64,000 nucleotides of DNA, from assembly GCA_965198115.1 (NCBI GenBank), contig OZ240241.1:6464001-6528000 (forward strand). The letters are read 5' to 3'. The stretch is from Candidatus Latescibacterota bacterium. Its GTDB lineage: Bacteria > Latescibacterota > UBA2968. Under the pieces are notes generated by a model. It saw only the letters and a list, made by a program, of their open reading frames with translations, was not told where the DNA came from and made no database searches. Position 1 is the first letter of the stretch, and the number at the start of each line of letters is the position of its first letter. Positions 29,905 to 40,602 of this stretch are shown in pieces. Position numbers and translations under genes: made by a program.

Positions 29905-31864
29905 TCAGTAAAGGGAGAGATGGTGGCCTTCGCCGGGGAACCAGATGCAGTCGACGACGAAGGAGATGCCTACACCGGTGAAGTAGCCGAGCATGAGGCC
30001 CATGAAGAAGGGGGCTGCGCGGCGGTAGAGGCCAATGCCGCCAAAACGGAGGATGGCCTGTTTGGCGAACCAGGCGATGAAGAGAGAGAAAATCGTAATG
30101 TTGGCAGGATAAGTCGTGGCGGATACGAACCCGATGGGGTGAAGTGGGAAGGTGGGGTAGGCATAGCGAACCATCATGTTGGCAATGGTCGTCACGACAC
30201 CTAGGAGCGACCAGAGAGCCAGTTCCCGCTTCAACCCGAAGGGATCTTTGATGTAACCGACTGCCCTGTCGAAAGTACCCTGAACCGAGCCGGCATAGAT
30301 GCCGCCGAAGTTATAGGCGCCGATCTGGTATCCCGACGTGATGGCATAGTAGGCGCTGCCACCCGCGACGACGACGACGGCGATGGCGACAGCCAATGCC
30401 AAACGCCGGCGATCCTCCCGTACCTCGTCGAAGAGCCGTGAAGAATTAGCCATGGGTGCCATCAGGGCGGTCTTGAGGTCTCGGTGCCAGGTTCGGGTCA
30501 TGGCGAGGGCGACGAGGCTGGAGGGCTTGGTCTGCGCCAGGTCGACGACGTGGACCGTGGCGAACTGCGCGTGGATGGGACGGCTGCTGATCAGACCCGT
30601 CTCGATGGAGATGCGGGACATTCCAAGCCAGACGATGAGGACGAAGAAGAGGAAGACCGTTGCGAAATAAAGGGTCATCCCCGAGGCCACGCACCAGGCG
30701 AGGATGAAGAGACCGCTGATGATCCAGGTGTAAAGGGCAGTGCGATAGGAAAGAAGTTCGCCTGAATCGTCGATCCCGGTGTCCTTCCAGATAGCCTTTC
30801 GATAGACGTCCTTCAGGTGCCCCCGCGCCATCCATAAGCCCCAGGGAATCAGAACGCAAAAAGCACCGAGTCCCTGCCAGTTCTCGAACTGAGAGGTGTC
30901 CCCTCGCGGGGGGCCGAGTTCGAATCCCAGCCTTTGGAAGATGCCAATCTGGAACGTGAGGAAAAGGAAGTAGACGATGATACTGAAAGAGATCTCCAGC
31001 TCGATGAAGTAGGAGACGCCGATGATGAGCGGGTAAAACCGTGTGTGAATCGTAGGAAACTCACGCCCCAATGAAATGTGGCCGAACTGTCTGGGAATGG
31101 TTGGGAACAAGGGAACGAAGTAGCCGATCATGTTCCAGAGGATTGGGAAGATGGCGAATGCGAAACCGAGCCAGAAGATCGGACGGTTCAGGATTCCGAC
31201 CGTGAAAACCTTTGGGCTCGCGATCGGCCATGGCGAGCGGCAGGGCCATGAGCGGAAACGTGAGACGCTCGTGTTCGATCCATTGCCTTCTGAGCATGGC
31301 GACGGCAGAATAGCAGAAGCATCCAATGGCACCCACCAGGGACAGACGCCAGAAAAGCGGTGTCGTCCAGGCTCCCCAGGGGATGGGGGCACCTGCGGGA
31401 AGTCCTTCATAAAACCATCTTGCTGCGATTCGATCCGTGACAACAGCCCAGTCGACCAGATAGGGATGGAGTTCGGTCGACCAGGCGTTTTCCGGGGTTG
31501 GGAAGTAGTAGGGTGCGGCGATATTGGCCAGCATGTGGGCCATGAAGTAGCTGGGGAGAGCTGAACCGATGCTTGCCATGGCGAAGATGACGAGGAGCTC
31601 GACGCGTGAAAGCATGGCGGAAGGACGAATCTTCTGGATGATCTTGTTGAGGAAGACGGTGATGATGATGAAGGGGACCACGACGCCCCAAGGGAGGTGG
31701 TCCTGTGCCATCTTGGTCACGTGGCCGATGTTGCGGGTGTAATGACCACCCCAGGCCATGAAGGTGACGCACGCTGTGCCGAGAAGCATGGCGCGCGCGG
31801 TGACTGGGTGCGGCCTGGGGTCGAGGTCGGTCTGTGGGGAGGTATCGGAGGGAACGACGGACAC
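29905..31864 (-). pseudogene. DUF6785/DUF6784-type polytopic membrane protein (putative transporter), frameshifted
   Basis: ORFs 31061-32056 and 29905-31443 join at an A-run near 31205-31208 (REPKGF/TVGILNRPIFWLG). Motifs RRQWIEHERLTFPL and FPLHPIG...GGIGLYRRAAPFFMGL are shared with 42504-44429. Likely a sequencing indel. Confidence 0.8.
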
Positions 31865-31866
31865 GA

Positions 31867-32496
31867 TCAGCGGGGGGGCAAGGCGTCTTCTATGGCCCGC
31901 GCTACCTGGTCGGCCAGGACGTCGGATCCACCTTCGGTGAAGTGGACGTTCGCCGGCTGCTGAATTTTGTCGAGCCGCTCGAAGGCGAAGGTGTAGAGAT
32001 CGTTGATTCGGATGTTGCGAGCATCCGCGACGCGTCTTGCCGCCACGTTGTAGCACGCGGCATCACCTTTGACGCGGCCGTTTGCACCCTCGGGAACGGG
32101 TGTGGTGGATGCCCAGATGAGGACGGCACCAGTAGTGGCAAGACGATCGGCTATCGCTGCGAGGTTCTTCTCGTAGTCCTCGATGGGAACCTGATAGCTC
32201 CCGACCTCGGGAGACACCATTTGACCATCGTTATCGATGATCTTCAGATCGTGAAGGCCGAAATTGTAGTGGATGACGGACCACGGACCTCCAGCGATCA
32301 TTTCATCCAGATGTTCCACGCCACGACTGGACGGCCCGCAATTGATAGCGGGGCGAAACACATTCGCTATACCTTCGAGCTTGGCTCGAGTAGGTAGCGT
32401 GTAACCGACGGAGATGCTATCCCCGATCAGAAGAACAGAGTGGAGCGAAGGATCGACGTCGGGTGGGGCGAAAGTGGGGTTCTCTTCCGCACTCAC
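31867..32496 (-). CDS. SGNH/GDSL hydrolase
   Basis: LIGDSIS, NFGLHD, NVHF. Confidence 0.9.
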   Translation of the reverse strand: MSAEENPTFAPPDVDPSLHSVLLIGDSISVGYTLPTRAKLEGIANVFRPAINCGPSSRGVEHLDEMIAGGPWSVIHYNFGLHDLKIIDNDGQMVSPEVGSYQVPIEDYEKNLAAIADRLATTGAVLIWASTTPVPEGANGRVKGDAACYNVAARRVADARNIRINDLYTFAFERLDKIQQPANVHFTEGGSDVLADQVARAIEDALPPR

Positions 32497-33437
32497 TTCG
32501 TGTTACCAAGGATCGACGTGGCGAGTTCCATGGTCTTGATGGCCTCGTCGAGGTTGGCAGCGGGAAGACCGACGGGGCGGTCGCTTTTGATGCACTCTAT
32601 CCAGAAGCGGTTCTGCTCTTCAGTACCGTTCGTGGGTCCCTTCTCGATCGGATGGGATTCGCCGTGGACGAAGACTTCGCCGCTGTGGACGCCTTCCATG
32701 TAGACAGAGATGTCGTGGCCGTGGATCTCGTAGCGCTCGAGACGGGCATCGGTCGTGTAGTTGTGGCTGAGCTGGGCGATGACGCCGTTTTCGAAGACGA
32801 CGAGCGCAGCGTGGACGTCCCTGTAGGCGGACATGGATCGACGGGAGACACCGTGTACTTCGGCGACATCGGCGCCGGCAAGGGCGCGTATGGTGTCGAT
32901 CGAGTGAATCGGCGTTTCGAGAAGCATCTGATCGAGGAACTCGCGGGGGAAGATGCCCGAGTCCGCAATCCGGGTAATGCTTTTGTGGAATTCGCCGACC
33001 AGCTGCGTAATCGGGCCGCGCTCGAGGACCTGCTCACGAGCCTGGACGATGACGGGATGAAAACGCCGGTTCCAACCGATCACGACTTTCGCGCCCGACT
33101 TGTCGGCCGCGTCTTTGAGGCCACGCGTCTCGTCGACCGTCAGGCCGGGTGGTTTCTCGATGAGGGTGTGGACGCCTCGCTCGATGCAGGGGAGGGCAAC
33201 CTTCCCGTTCAAGTAGGCGGGCGTGGCGACGACGACCGCATCGATACCGGCGTCGAGCAGGTCATCGACGGACGTGTATTGAGTTTCGATGCCGAATTCC
33301 TGGGCAGCGGCTTCCCTGCTCTCGTCCACGGGGTCGCACAAGGCCGCGAGCTCGACATCATCGAACCCTTGTAGAATCCGAAAGTGGCCCTTGCCTCTGC
33401 CTCCACACCCGATCAACGCGACGCGAACTTTCGACAT
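32493..33437 (-). CDS. Gfo/Idh/MocA family oxidoreductase
   Basis: LIGCGGRG, IEKPP, GWNRRF, HSID. Confidence 0.92.
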   Translation of the reverse strand: MSKVRVALIGCGGRGKGHFRILQGFDDVELAALCDPVDESREAAAQEFGIETQYTSVDDLLDAGIDAVVVATPAYLNGKVALPCIERGVHTLIEKPPGLTVDETRGLKDAADKSGAKVVIGWNRRFHPVIVQAREQVLERGPITQLVGEFHKSITRIADSGIFPREFLDQMLLETPIHSIDTIRALAGADVAEVHGVSRRSMSAYRDVHAALVVFENGVIAQLSHNYTTDARLERYEIHGHDISVYMEGVHSGEVFVHGESHPIEKGPTNGTEEQNRFWIECIKSDRPVGLPAANLDEAIKTMELATSILGNTK

Positions 33438-33449
33438 AGCGTTCTCCTC

Positions 33450-34313
33450 TCAGTTCTCTGATATCCAGCTATCTTCCGTGTAAGGCTCACGATCGAACAT
33501 TTTGGTGCGTTCGGGATCCGCCCGATCTATCCACTCCTGGGGGATAGCCTGTGTATAACGATGGGGCGGCCCCGACTCCTTGAAAATGTCGATCGTAAAG
33601 ATACGATACGCCTGCGGCGAGTCGAGGGGTTTAGGCTCGACGCCGTGGAACATTCGAGCGTTCAGGTAGACGAAACTGCCAGGCGGGAGCTCGAGATGGA
33701 CACACTCGAGTTTTCTCCCCGCTTCCGTGTCATAAGCACCGGACAGCATGGCTTCGGGCGTCGCCTCTTGTATCGGGGCAACGCGATGACTGCCCGGAAT
33801 GACGCTGAGACTACGGTCGCCTTTCTTGAATCCGTTTGGATAGTAGAGGATCTGGATGTAGTAACGATGACGCTCGGCGTGGTTGATCGGGTTCTCGTGT
33901 TTCCAGTGGTGATGGTCTTGGTGAAATGGAACGCGTGGCGACGCGCGCATCGCCAGGTTCATGGCTGAATGGCAGAAGTGATAGTCGGGCTCGATCGTTG
34001 CCGCGAGGAGGGCCCTCACGAGTGGTGCGTCGATGAAGGCATCCCCCCACTGCCCGCGATCGTTCCACGGGCGAATGAAGTATTGCGTCTCATTCTCCCG
34101 TTCTTCGGGTGATGCGTTCAGAAAGTCGGCAACTGGCTGCGAGGTGATGATCTCTTCGACGAGGCCTTCGCGCGCTTCGTCCGTCATGGCGTCGTGGAAA
34201 GCCACGTAGCCGTCGCGATGGAAATACTTGATCGCGTCTTTCGATGGCACGTCAAAGCGGAAGGGGTTAAGCGGTCCGTTCACGAATTCGGTGTCTCCTC
34301 GCTTAAACGACAC
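33450..34313 (-). CDS. PhyH-family Fe(II)/2OG dioxygenase
   Basis: FHRDGY, FHQDH, VIPGSH, MFHG. Confidence 0.85.
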   Translation of the reverse strand: MSFKRGDTEFVNGPLNPFRFDVPSKDAIKYFHRDGYVAFHDAMTDEAREGLVEEIITSQPVADFLNASPEERENETQYFIRPWNDRGQWGDAFIDAPLVRALLAATIEPDYHFCHSAMNLAMRASPRVPFHQDHHHWKHENPINHAERHRYYIQILYYPNGFKKGDRSLSVIPGSHRVAPIQEATPEAMLSGAYDTEAGRKLECVHLELPPGSFVYLNARMFHGVEPKPLDSPQAYRIFTIDIFKESGPPHRYTQAIPQEWIDRADPERTKMFDREPYTEDSWISEN

Positions 34314-35481
34314 CGTTCTCTTTCATTTTCTGCACCTCGGTCTCGCCGAAACCGAATTCGGCGAGGATTTCGTCCGTGTGTTCGCCCCTTTCGGGTGTGC
34401 CTCGATAGGGCATATTCGGTGTGCCGCTAAGGTTCGTGGCGTTCCGGACCACTTTGTGGCGGCCGATGGCGGTGTTGTCGACCTCGCGCGCCATGGCGAG
34501 ATGCTCAACCTGGGAATCCGCCCACATTTCATCCATCTTATAAATCGGTCCGCAGGGGACACCCGCTTCGTTCAGGATGTCGATCCATTCGGCACTCGTC
34601 TTCTTGATAGTACAAGCTTCCAGATCCGCATTGACGGCATCGCGGTTATCGGATCGCAGCAGTCCATCCGTATACCGTGGGTCGTCGATGAGATCGGGCA
34701 CGTCGAGTGCTTTGCAAAGCCGTTGCCAGATCAACTCACCCGCCGTGGCGATGTTGATGTAACCGTCCGATGTCTGGAAGACGCCGGTCGGAATGCTCGT
34801 CGGATGGTCGTTGCCAGCTTGCCCCGGTACCTCCTCGGCGATGATCCATCGTGCGGCTTGGAAATCGAGCATGGCGATCTGGGCTTCGAGCAGTGAGGAG
34901 TGGACGTGCTGGCCTTCGCCCGTTTCCTCACGCTGAAGGAGCGCGGTGAGAATACCCAAAGCTGTGTAGAGTCCAGCGGTGAGGTCTGCGACGGGAATGC
35001 CGACGCGAACGGGGCCCTGACCGGGTAGACCGGTAATCCACATGAGACCCCCTGCGCCCTGCGCGATCTGGTCGAAGCCGGGACGTAAACTGTAAGGCCC
35101 TTCCTGGCCAAACCCGGAGATGCTGGCGTAAATGAGGCGTGGATTGATCGATTGGCAATCTTCGTAGCCGATTTCCAGACGTGTCTTCACGTCGGGACGG
35201 AAGTTTTCGACGACCACGTCCGCCGACTCGACCATCTTCATGAGAACTGCGTGGCCCTGTTCGGCTTTTAGGTTAAGTGTCATACCCCGCTTGTTGCGAT
35301 GCAGGTTCTGAAAGTCCGGGCCGTGACGGGGACCGCCCATGCTACCGGCCTGGTCGATGGCTTCCGGGACTTCGATCTTGATGACGTTGGCACCCCAGTC
35401 GGCGAGTTGGCGTACGGCTGTCGGTCCTGCGCGTGCTCGCGTGAGGTCGAGGACGGTGAAGCGGGAAAGCGGGAAGGACAT
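34303..35481 (-). CDS. CaiB/BaiF (family III) CoA transferase
   Basis: VLDLTRARAGP, GANVIKIE, HRNKR, VENFRP, SISGFGQ.GP, GFD, VADLTAG. Confidence 0.95.
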   Translation of the reverse strand: MSFPLSRFTVLDLTRARAGPTAVRQLADWGANVIKIEVPEAIDQAGSMGGPRHGPDFQNLHRNKRGMTLNLKAEQGHAVLMKMVESADVVVENFRPDVKTRLEIGYEDCQSINPRLIYASISGFGQEGPYSLRPGFDQIAQGAGGLMWITGLPGQGPVRVGIPVADLTAGLYTALGILTALLQREETGEGQHVHSSLLEAQIAMLDFQAARWIIAEEVPGQAGNDHPTSIPTGVFQTSDGYINIATAGELIWQRLCKALDVPDLIDDPRYTDGLLRSDNRDAVNADLEACTIKKTSAEWIDILNEAGVPCGPIYKMDEMWADSQVEHLAMAREVDNTAIGRHKVVRNATNLSGTPNMPYRGTPERGEHTDEILAEFGFGETEVQKMKENGVV

Positions 35482-35661
35482 TAGGGAAATCCCAAATTAG
35501 GAAATTGGCACATCCTGGCACGAGCCCGGGCAAGATAGGCATCCACAGCCGGAGTTGTCCAGCGCAGGCGCCTTTGGACGCCCGAGGAGGGTTAGAAGTC
35601 TTACCTTCTTGAGTTCCGGGGCTGGGCGTCGCAATGAATCAACGTCCAAGGAGGTCGTGTT

Positions 35662-36515
35662 CTGAGCAGCACTCAGACGATCTGGTTGACTCTTTCCATC
35701 CTGGCCAGCTTTGGCTTTGTCCAGTTGTTCAAGCTCGGCCAACGCCGCGGCTTCCATTCGCCAACGGTCGTTTCGACGAACTACCTCGTTGTCGGGATTT
35801 TTCCCTCTTCGGCTATGTGCTCACCACGGGGCAGTTATCAGTGCCGTCGGGGGCCCTGGTAACCGGGCTTGTCACGGGATGCGTCTTCGTCAGCTCGCTG
35901 AGCCTCATGACAAAGACGCTCGACCGCGCTCCAGCCGGTGCAGTGTTCACCGCCTTCCGAACGTCCATCGTGGTTCCAGTCGTGCTGGGAGTCTGGCTCT
36001 GGCAAGAATCGATTACGCTCGAACAGCTGACAGGTATCCTCCTCTCCTTCCTCGCGTTGGTTATGATGACGCCACGCGTGGACGGGAGAGGTCAGGTGGC
36101 GGGACCGAAGGCGATTGCCCGGCTTCTGGCGATCTTTCTGCTGGAGGGTTGCAGCCACTCGTGTCTGCGGTCCATCCACTACAACGGACTGGACGACGCC
36201 TTCCTGGCGGTTCTGATGGTGATGGGAGGAACAGCGGGGACGGTCGGATGGCTGGCAATAGCGCTGACGAAACGGCGGCCTCAACGCGGCGAACTCAAAC
36301 TCGGTGGATTCATCGGGGTCTACAACGTCTTTGCGCTATGCGCCGTCCTGATCGCCTTGAGCCACTTGCCAGGTACGCTGTTCTTTCCGGCGATTGGATG
36401 CAGCGTTATTCTGCTCGACAATCTGGCTGCGCACTTCTTCTGGCAGGAGCGTCTAAACCTTACGGCTGCGGCCGGTGTCGCCGTTGCAGCACTTGCGATT
36501 TTTTTGGTGGTTTGA
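35662..36515 (+). pseudogene. DMT/EamA-like membrane transporter, frameshifted near the N-terminus
   Basis: About 10 hydrophobic segments with W.E.I / W.ERL repeats. The N-terminal frame (LSSTQTIWLTLSILASFGF...NYLVVG) shifts at a T/C run at 35798-35805 into ORF 35634-36515. Confidence 0.75.
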
Positions 36516-36521
36516 TGCATG

Positions 36522-36654
36522 GCGTCCCCGTGCAGAGCACGGAAACGAGCGAGCGGTCGATCATTTAATGGGCCCGGTGGTTCAGAAACCATCAAGACCG
36601 GGCCCCGCTCAATAGAAGATGCATACGCTCGCCCCTGGGCTCCGCCCGGGGGCG
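36522..36654. repeat. Inverted REP-like pair enclosing a GC hairpin between convergent genes
   Basis: GCGTCCCCGTGCAGAGCACGGAAACGAGC at 36522-36550; CGCTCGCCCCTGGGCTCCGCCCGGGGGCG at 36626-36654; inner GGGCCCGGT...ACCGGGCCC stem. Confidence 0.75.
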
Positions 36655-36668
36655 ATTTGCGCGGCGCT

Positions 36669-37854
36669 TCACTTCGCCGAGGGCCCCGCCGGCGTCTCCT
36701 TGCTGTAAAGCCCTCCGCCCCGTTCGTAGCTGACGGTGACCTCGCCCTCGTCGACGTCCAGCCGTGGAACATTACGCTCGAAATTGTCGCGATCCGGTCC
36801 TCGCATGACGGACAGCTGAGCATCGCTCATACCCTCGACGACGCTTCCCCACCGGTTCTCCGGTTGAACCAGCTCGCCACCGCTGCGGTTGAAACTGCGT
36901 GACGAGTACTTGATGAGCACGCCTCTTCTGGAGAGTTCGCCCTTCCAAGGGTAGGTGCCGTGGCAGGTCGCGCCGTCGGCGAAGAAGAGCATGTCGTCCA
37001 TCACATTGCGGAGCACCTAGTTCTTGGTGTAGATGGACGGGTGGAACGTCGGTCGTGACGGATCGACACGGGTGGTCTTCGTGCCGTCGGTGATAATGGC
37101 GGGGGGTGGTGTTGTGTCACGGTAGCCGGGAGTGTGCTGTCGTCGCCCGCTCCTCCTCGGTGAGGTCGGTGTGCCAGTCGGGTCGCGGCATGAATTCGGC
37201 CGCGGGTCCTGTTCCGGCGGATCGGATTACACCGCGGCTGGTGTATTCGAAACTGAGTAGACGCGGAACCGAGTTCTTCGTCCAGGCACGCATCCCCTGG
37301 ACGACTGAGAGACCAACGATGAGGAGATCGCCAGCCTTCACCACTGGTTGTCGCGTCAGGCCAATGTCGTCGTTTCCGGTCAAAACGTCTTTGGGGATCT
37401 CCACATTGGCCTTGTGCGTGTGCGGGATGAGGACGAACCCACCGTCCCCGTCGCCGACGTCGGACAGAGCCCAGATGACGCGGACGCCCTCGCATAGCCT
37501 TCGTCCGTTCTTGTAGTAGTAGGTCGTACCGGGCTCGCGGGGTTCGTTGCCACCCACGAGCGGACGATCGACGGCGTCGGGATCGCGACCGAGCAGTTCT
37601 GGAAGTCGATCGAGCTTGAAGCCTTGCGACGTGATCTGGTTCAGATACCAGACGAGCTGCGGATGGATGAGCAGATCGCGAAAGGGTTCACGCTGTCCTT
37701 CTGGTAACCCGAGGAATCCTTCCGTGGCGCCCGATTCGTCGATCACGTCGTTCAGGCGAGCAACCTCACCCGCATTCAGTACACCCGGGACGTGTAAGAA
37801 TCCGGTGACGTCGAAGTGATAGTTTTCCTCGTTACTCATCTGGTCACGGTCCAT
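36669..37854 (-). pseudogene. Tandem (two-domain) PhyH-like protein with frameshift, amber stop and internal deletion
   Basis: Domain 1 ENYHFDVTGFLHVPGVL...GGFVLIPHTH...KAGD; frameshift ~37135; TAG at 37017-37019; domain 2 reduced to VLRNVMD-DMLFF...CHGTYPW...RR. Confidence 0.75.
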
Positions 37855-37905
37855 TGTTCCTCTCCCCTGCAGTAGGCCTTGTTTCCGTGTGTTCGGTGGC
37901 CCAAC

Positions 37906-38943
37906 TCAGTTTATGAGCGGTAGCCTCATGGTTTGTCCTGACTGGGCAGACCGGGCGACAGCTTCGGTGAATTCCATGTATCGCACGCCTTCGTAGAAGC
38001 TCGTATCGCCTTGGGGTCCGCCGTTGATGGCGTTGATAAAGTCGATCTCGGTCGTCCAGCCAGCGATCTCATCCTCGGGAATCGGAATTGGCTTGAGGTC
38101 GTCGTCGTGGGCCTTGCTGCCTTGAATGTTGTCACCCATGTCGTAGATGAGCGTGCCGTCGCTACCGTAGATCTCGATCTGGTGCACGATCGATGTGTGG
38201 CGGTTCATTGAAGAGAAGATGAACGCGCCTTCCGCCCCGTTCTCCAACTGGCCGAGGACGTGGATTGTGTCTGGTCGTTCGACAGGACCCGTGCCTGGAC
38301 CGTCTGGCAGCTTCCGCTCGCGGATGAACGTTTCGGAGTGGGCGGTTACGGTGGACAGATAGCCGACGACACGGTGGATGCGTTCCATTGTGATGCCCAT
38401 GGCCAGGGCGTTCAAGCCGGAATACCGGTCGATGTCCCGCCAGTGGAGCGGCACGTCCGGGTCGAGATGATTCCTGGCCAGGTCCCGCACGTAGACGTTG
38501 TAGATCTCCCCGCAGTACCCCTCGTCGAGCAACCATCGGAGAAATCGCTGACCTTTCCAAGCCGGCGCCGGGCAGATCTGCGTGACGAGGTCCGACTCCT
38601 GTGCAGCCGCGTACATCTGTTTTGCCTCGCGGAGATTCATGGCCATCCGCGCCTGTACGAAAGCGTGCTTCCCCGCGGCGAGTGAGGCCAATACGAACGG
38701 ACAATGCTTATAGGGCCAAGTGCCAATCATGACAGCGTCGACATCGTCGCGGTCGATCAGCTCCTGAGGATCGGTCGTGAAGTCTGGGCGTAGCTCGAAT
38801 TCAGCCGCGATCTTCTGGGCACTTTCGATGCTGCGATTACAGATCGCGACGACTTCCGCATCGTCGATCTTCGCGAGCCCAGGGAAGTGACGGGAACGGA
38901 AGATGCCACCAGCACCGATAACACCAATTCTGACTTTAGGCAT
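37906..38943 (-). CDS. Gfo/Idh/MocA family oxidoreductase
   Basis: GVIGAGG, AGKHAFVQARMA, EIYGSDGTL. Confidence 0.9.
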   Translation of the reverse strand: MPKVRIGVIGAGGIFRSRHFPGLAKIDDAEVVAICNRSIESAQKIAAEFELRPDFTTDPQELIDRDDVDAVMIGTWPYKHCPFVLASLAAGKHAFVQARMAMNLREAKQMYAAAQESDLVTQICPAPAWKGQRFLRWLLDEGYCGEIYNVYVRDLARNHLDPDVPLHWRDIDRYSGLNALAMGITMERIHRVVGYLSTVTAHSETFIRERKLPDGPGTGPVERPDTIHVLGQLENGAEGAFIFSSMNRHTSIVHQIEIYGSDGTLIYDMGDNIQGSKAHDDDLKPIPIPEDEIAGWTTEIDFINAINGGPQGDTSFYEGVRYMEFTEAVARSAQSGQTMRLPLIN

Positions 38944-39060
38944 GGGTTACTCCTGAAAAACTGCGCCACTGAGGACACTGAGAGAAAATGAGGGTGGTTG
39001 ATTTTCGCGTTGAGGCTCCATTGGAGTTCGAGACCAAAGTAGTCAGTCGGGACGAACATT

Positions 39061-39130
39061 GACACCGTCACACTGAGCGGGAGTCGAAGTGTCGGTTCTC
39101 AGAAAACACCATTCCTTCACCAGGGATGAC
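39061..39130. repeat. REP-like hairpin (GTCACACTGAGCG family) with a truncated inverted partner
   Basis: GACACCGTCACACTGAGCGGGAGTCGAAGTGTCGGTTCTC at 39061-39100; CCTTCACCAGGGATGAC at ~39114-39130. Confidence 0.8.
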
Positions 39131-39131
39131 C

Positions 39132-40217
39132 CTACGAGAGCATCCTCTCGACGAAGGGTTTCAACTGTTTCACATCAAAGGACATGGCGTTCTCGAAGAA
39201 CATCATCTCGGCGGTTGCGACGCCAGGGACTGGCGACGGGTGAAGCCCGCTCAGAATGAAAGTTCCAGTTTCTTTCGCCAGCTCGTTGTGCCGTTCTAGA
39301 AGTGTTTCGTGATCGCCACGGATGTAGAGACGCAGCATGTTCGTATGGGGCGGGTCGGGATTGATGGTGATCTCATCGAACGAGGTGAGGATGGCCGCGA
39401 TTTCGTGTGCCTTTTCGACCCAGCCGTCGATTTGTGGCAGTGTTTTCTCGAGTCCCACCTTTGCTGCGGCAACAAGAGGGCCCTGTGTGACGAGATTCCC
39501 GCCTTGCCAGCGAAGCCATACACGTGCTTCGGCGATGAACGCCTCCGACCCCATCAAAATGGAGCCGGCAATCCCACCTAGATCCTTGTAGAATGAGACG
39601 TAGACACTATCGAAGAGCGTAGAGATCTCGTCGTAGTTTTTTTTGTAGAAGGGACGGCATTGCCAGATCCGGGCCCCATCCATGTGGTGGGGGATGTCAT
39701 GATCTCTGGCCCAGTCGGTGATTGCGTTAAGTTCATCCCACGTCGGCAATACGCCTCCGAGCGGACGATAAGGTAGTTCGGTCAGGATCGCGCCCGGTCG
39801 GGCACCGAGCCCTTCGAAGTCTTCAACGGTGAGCATCCGGTCGCCTACTGCTTCGTAGCTGCCGAATTGAAGTCGCTTGAGATTGTGCAGGAACAGAGGT
39901 CCACCGTGCTCGGCGGTGATGAGGTGAGATGAAGGGTGCAGGGCAATCGAGAAATTGCGGTCCTTCTCACACCAGATACGAAGCGCGATCTGCTGTGCCA
40001 TCGTCCCAGATGGCATGAAGACCGCCGCCTCCTTCCCGAACATCCCAGCGACATCCGATTCGAACTCCGCGATGTAATCGCCGGATCCGTAGTTGTCACC
40101 GTACTCGTCCCCCGACAGCGCATCGGACAGGTTCCGCAATGTCTCTTTAATAGACCGTCGCGGACCGTGCCCACGAAGCACGTTCGAGCATAAGTCGATG
40201 AGATCCGGTTCACGCAA
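39132..40217 (-). CDS. Threonine aldolase family (beta-eliminating lyase) PLP enzyme
   Basis: AVFMPSGTMAQ, HMDGARIW, YVSFYKDLGG; start uncertain (TTG 40217 chosen). Confidence 0.9.
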   Translation of the reverse strand: MREPDLIDLCSNVLRGHGPRRSIKETLRNLSDALSGDEYGDNYGSGDYIAEFESDVAGMFGKEAAVFMPSGTMAQQIALRIWCEKDRNFSIALHPSSHLITAEHGGPLFLHNLKRLQFGSYEAVGDRMLTVEDFEGLGARPGAILTELPYRPLGGVLPTWDELNAITDWARDHDIPHHMDGARIWQCRPFYKKNYDEISTLFDSVYVSFYKDLGGIAGSILMGSEAFIAEARVWLRWQGGNLVTQGPLVAAAKVGLEKTLPQIDGWVEKAHEIAAILTSFDEITINPDPPHTNMLRLYIRGDHETLLERHNELAKETGTFILSGLHPSPVPGVATAEMMFFENAMSFDVKQLKPFVERMLS

Positions 40218-40274
40218 AAACGAAAACCTTTCACCACAGAGAGCACAATGTCCGCAGAGGTCGGTGCGGGATTG

Positions 40275-40308
40275 CACCGTCCCACTGAGCGGGAGTCGAA
40301 GTGTCGGT
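40275..40308. repeat. REP-like hairpin (GTCACACTGAGCG family)
   Basis: CACCGTCCCACTGAGCGGGAGTCGAAGTGTCGGT. Confidence 0.8.
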
Positions 40309-40602
40309 CATTAATCCTACTTTATTCGATAGCGTACCCAGCTGATGATCGGTCCGATGTGTGTCACAGTACCGGTACCGTAGGGTGAGAAAATCTTCTC
40401 GTAACCTCGCGAGGTAAAGCAGTTGTCGACGATGTCGAAGGTGCCGCCACCTTTGAGCATCCCACGCTTGAAGAAGTGAACATGTATCGATCGTGCTGCT
40501 CGTAATCCATAGAGATAACCATCCAGAACAGTCACCCGCTCTCCCCGTCTCCCGCCGTGTCCTGAGTAGGCTCGTAAGAGCCGTATCGCAGGGTTCTCCC
40601 GC

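Noticed and set aside
6531-40308. ~32-40 bp repeats as a CRISPR array
   Set aside because: Copies are dispersed kilobases apart with no regular spacers, and no cas genes are present; they behave as REP-like elements.
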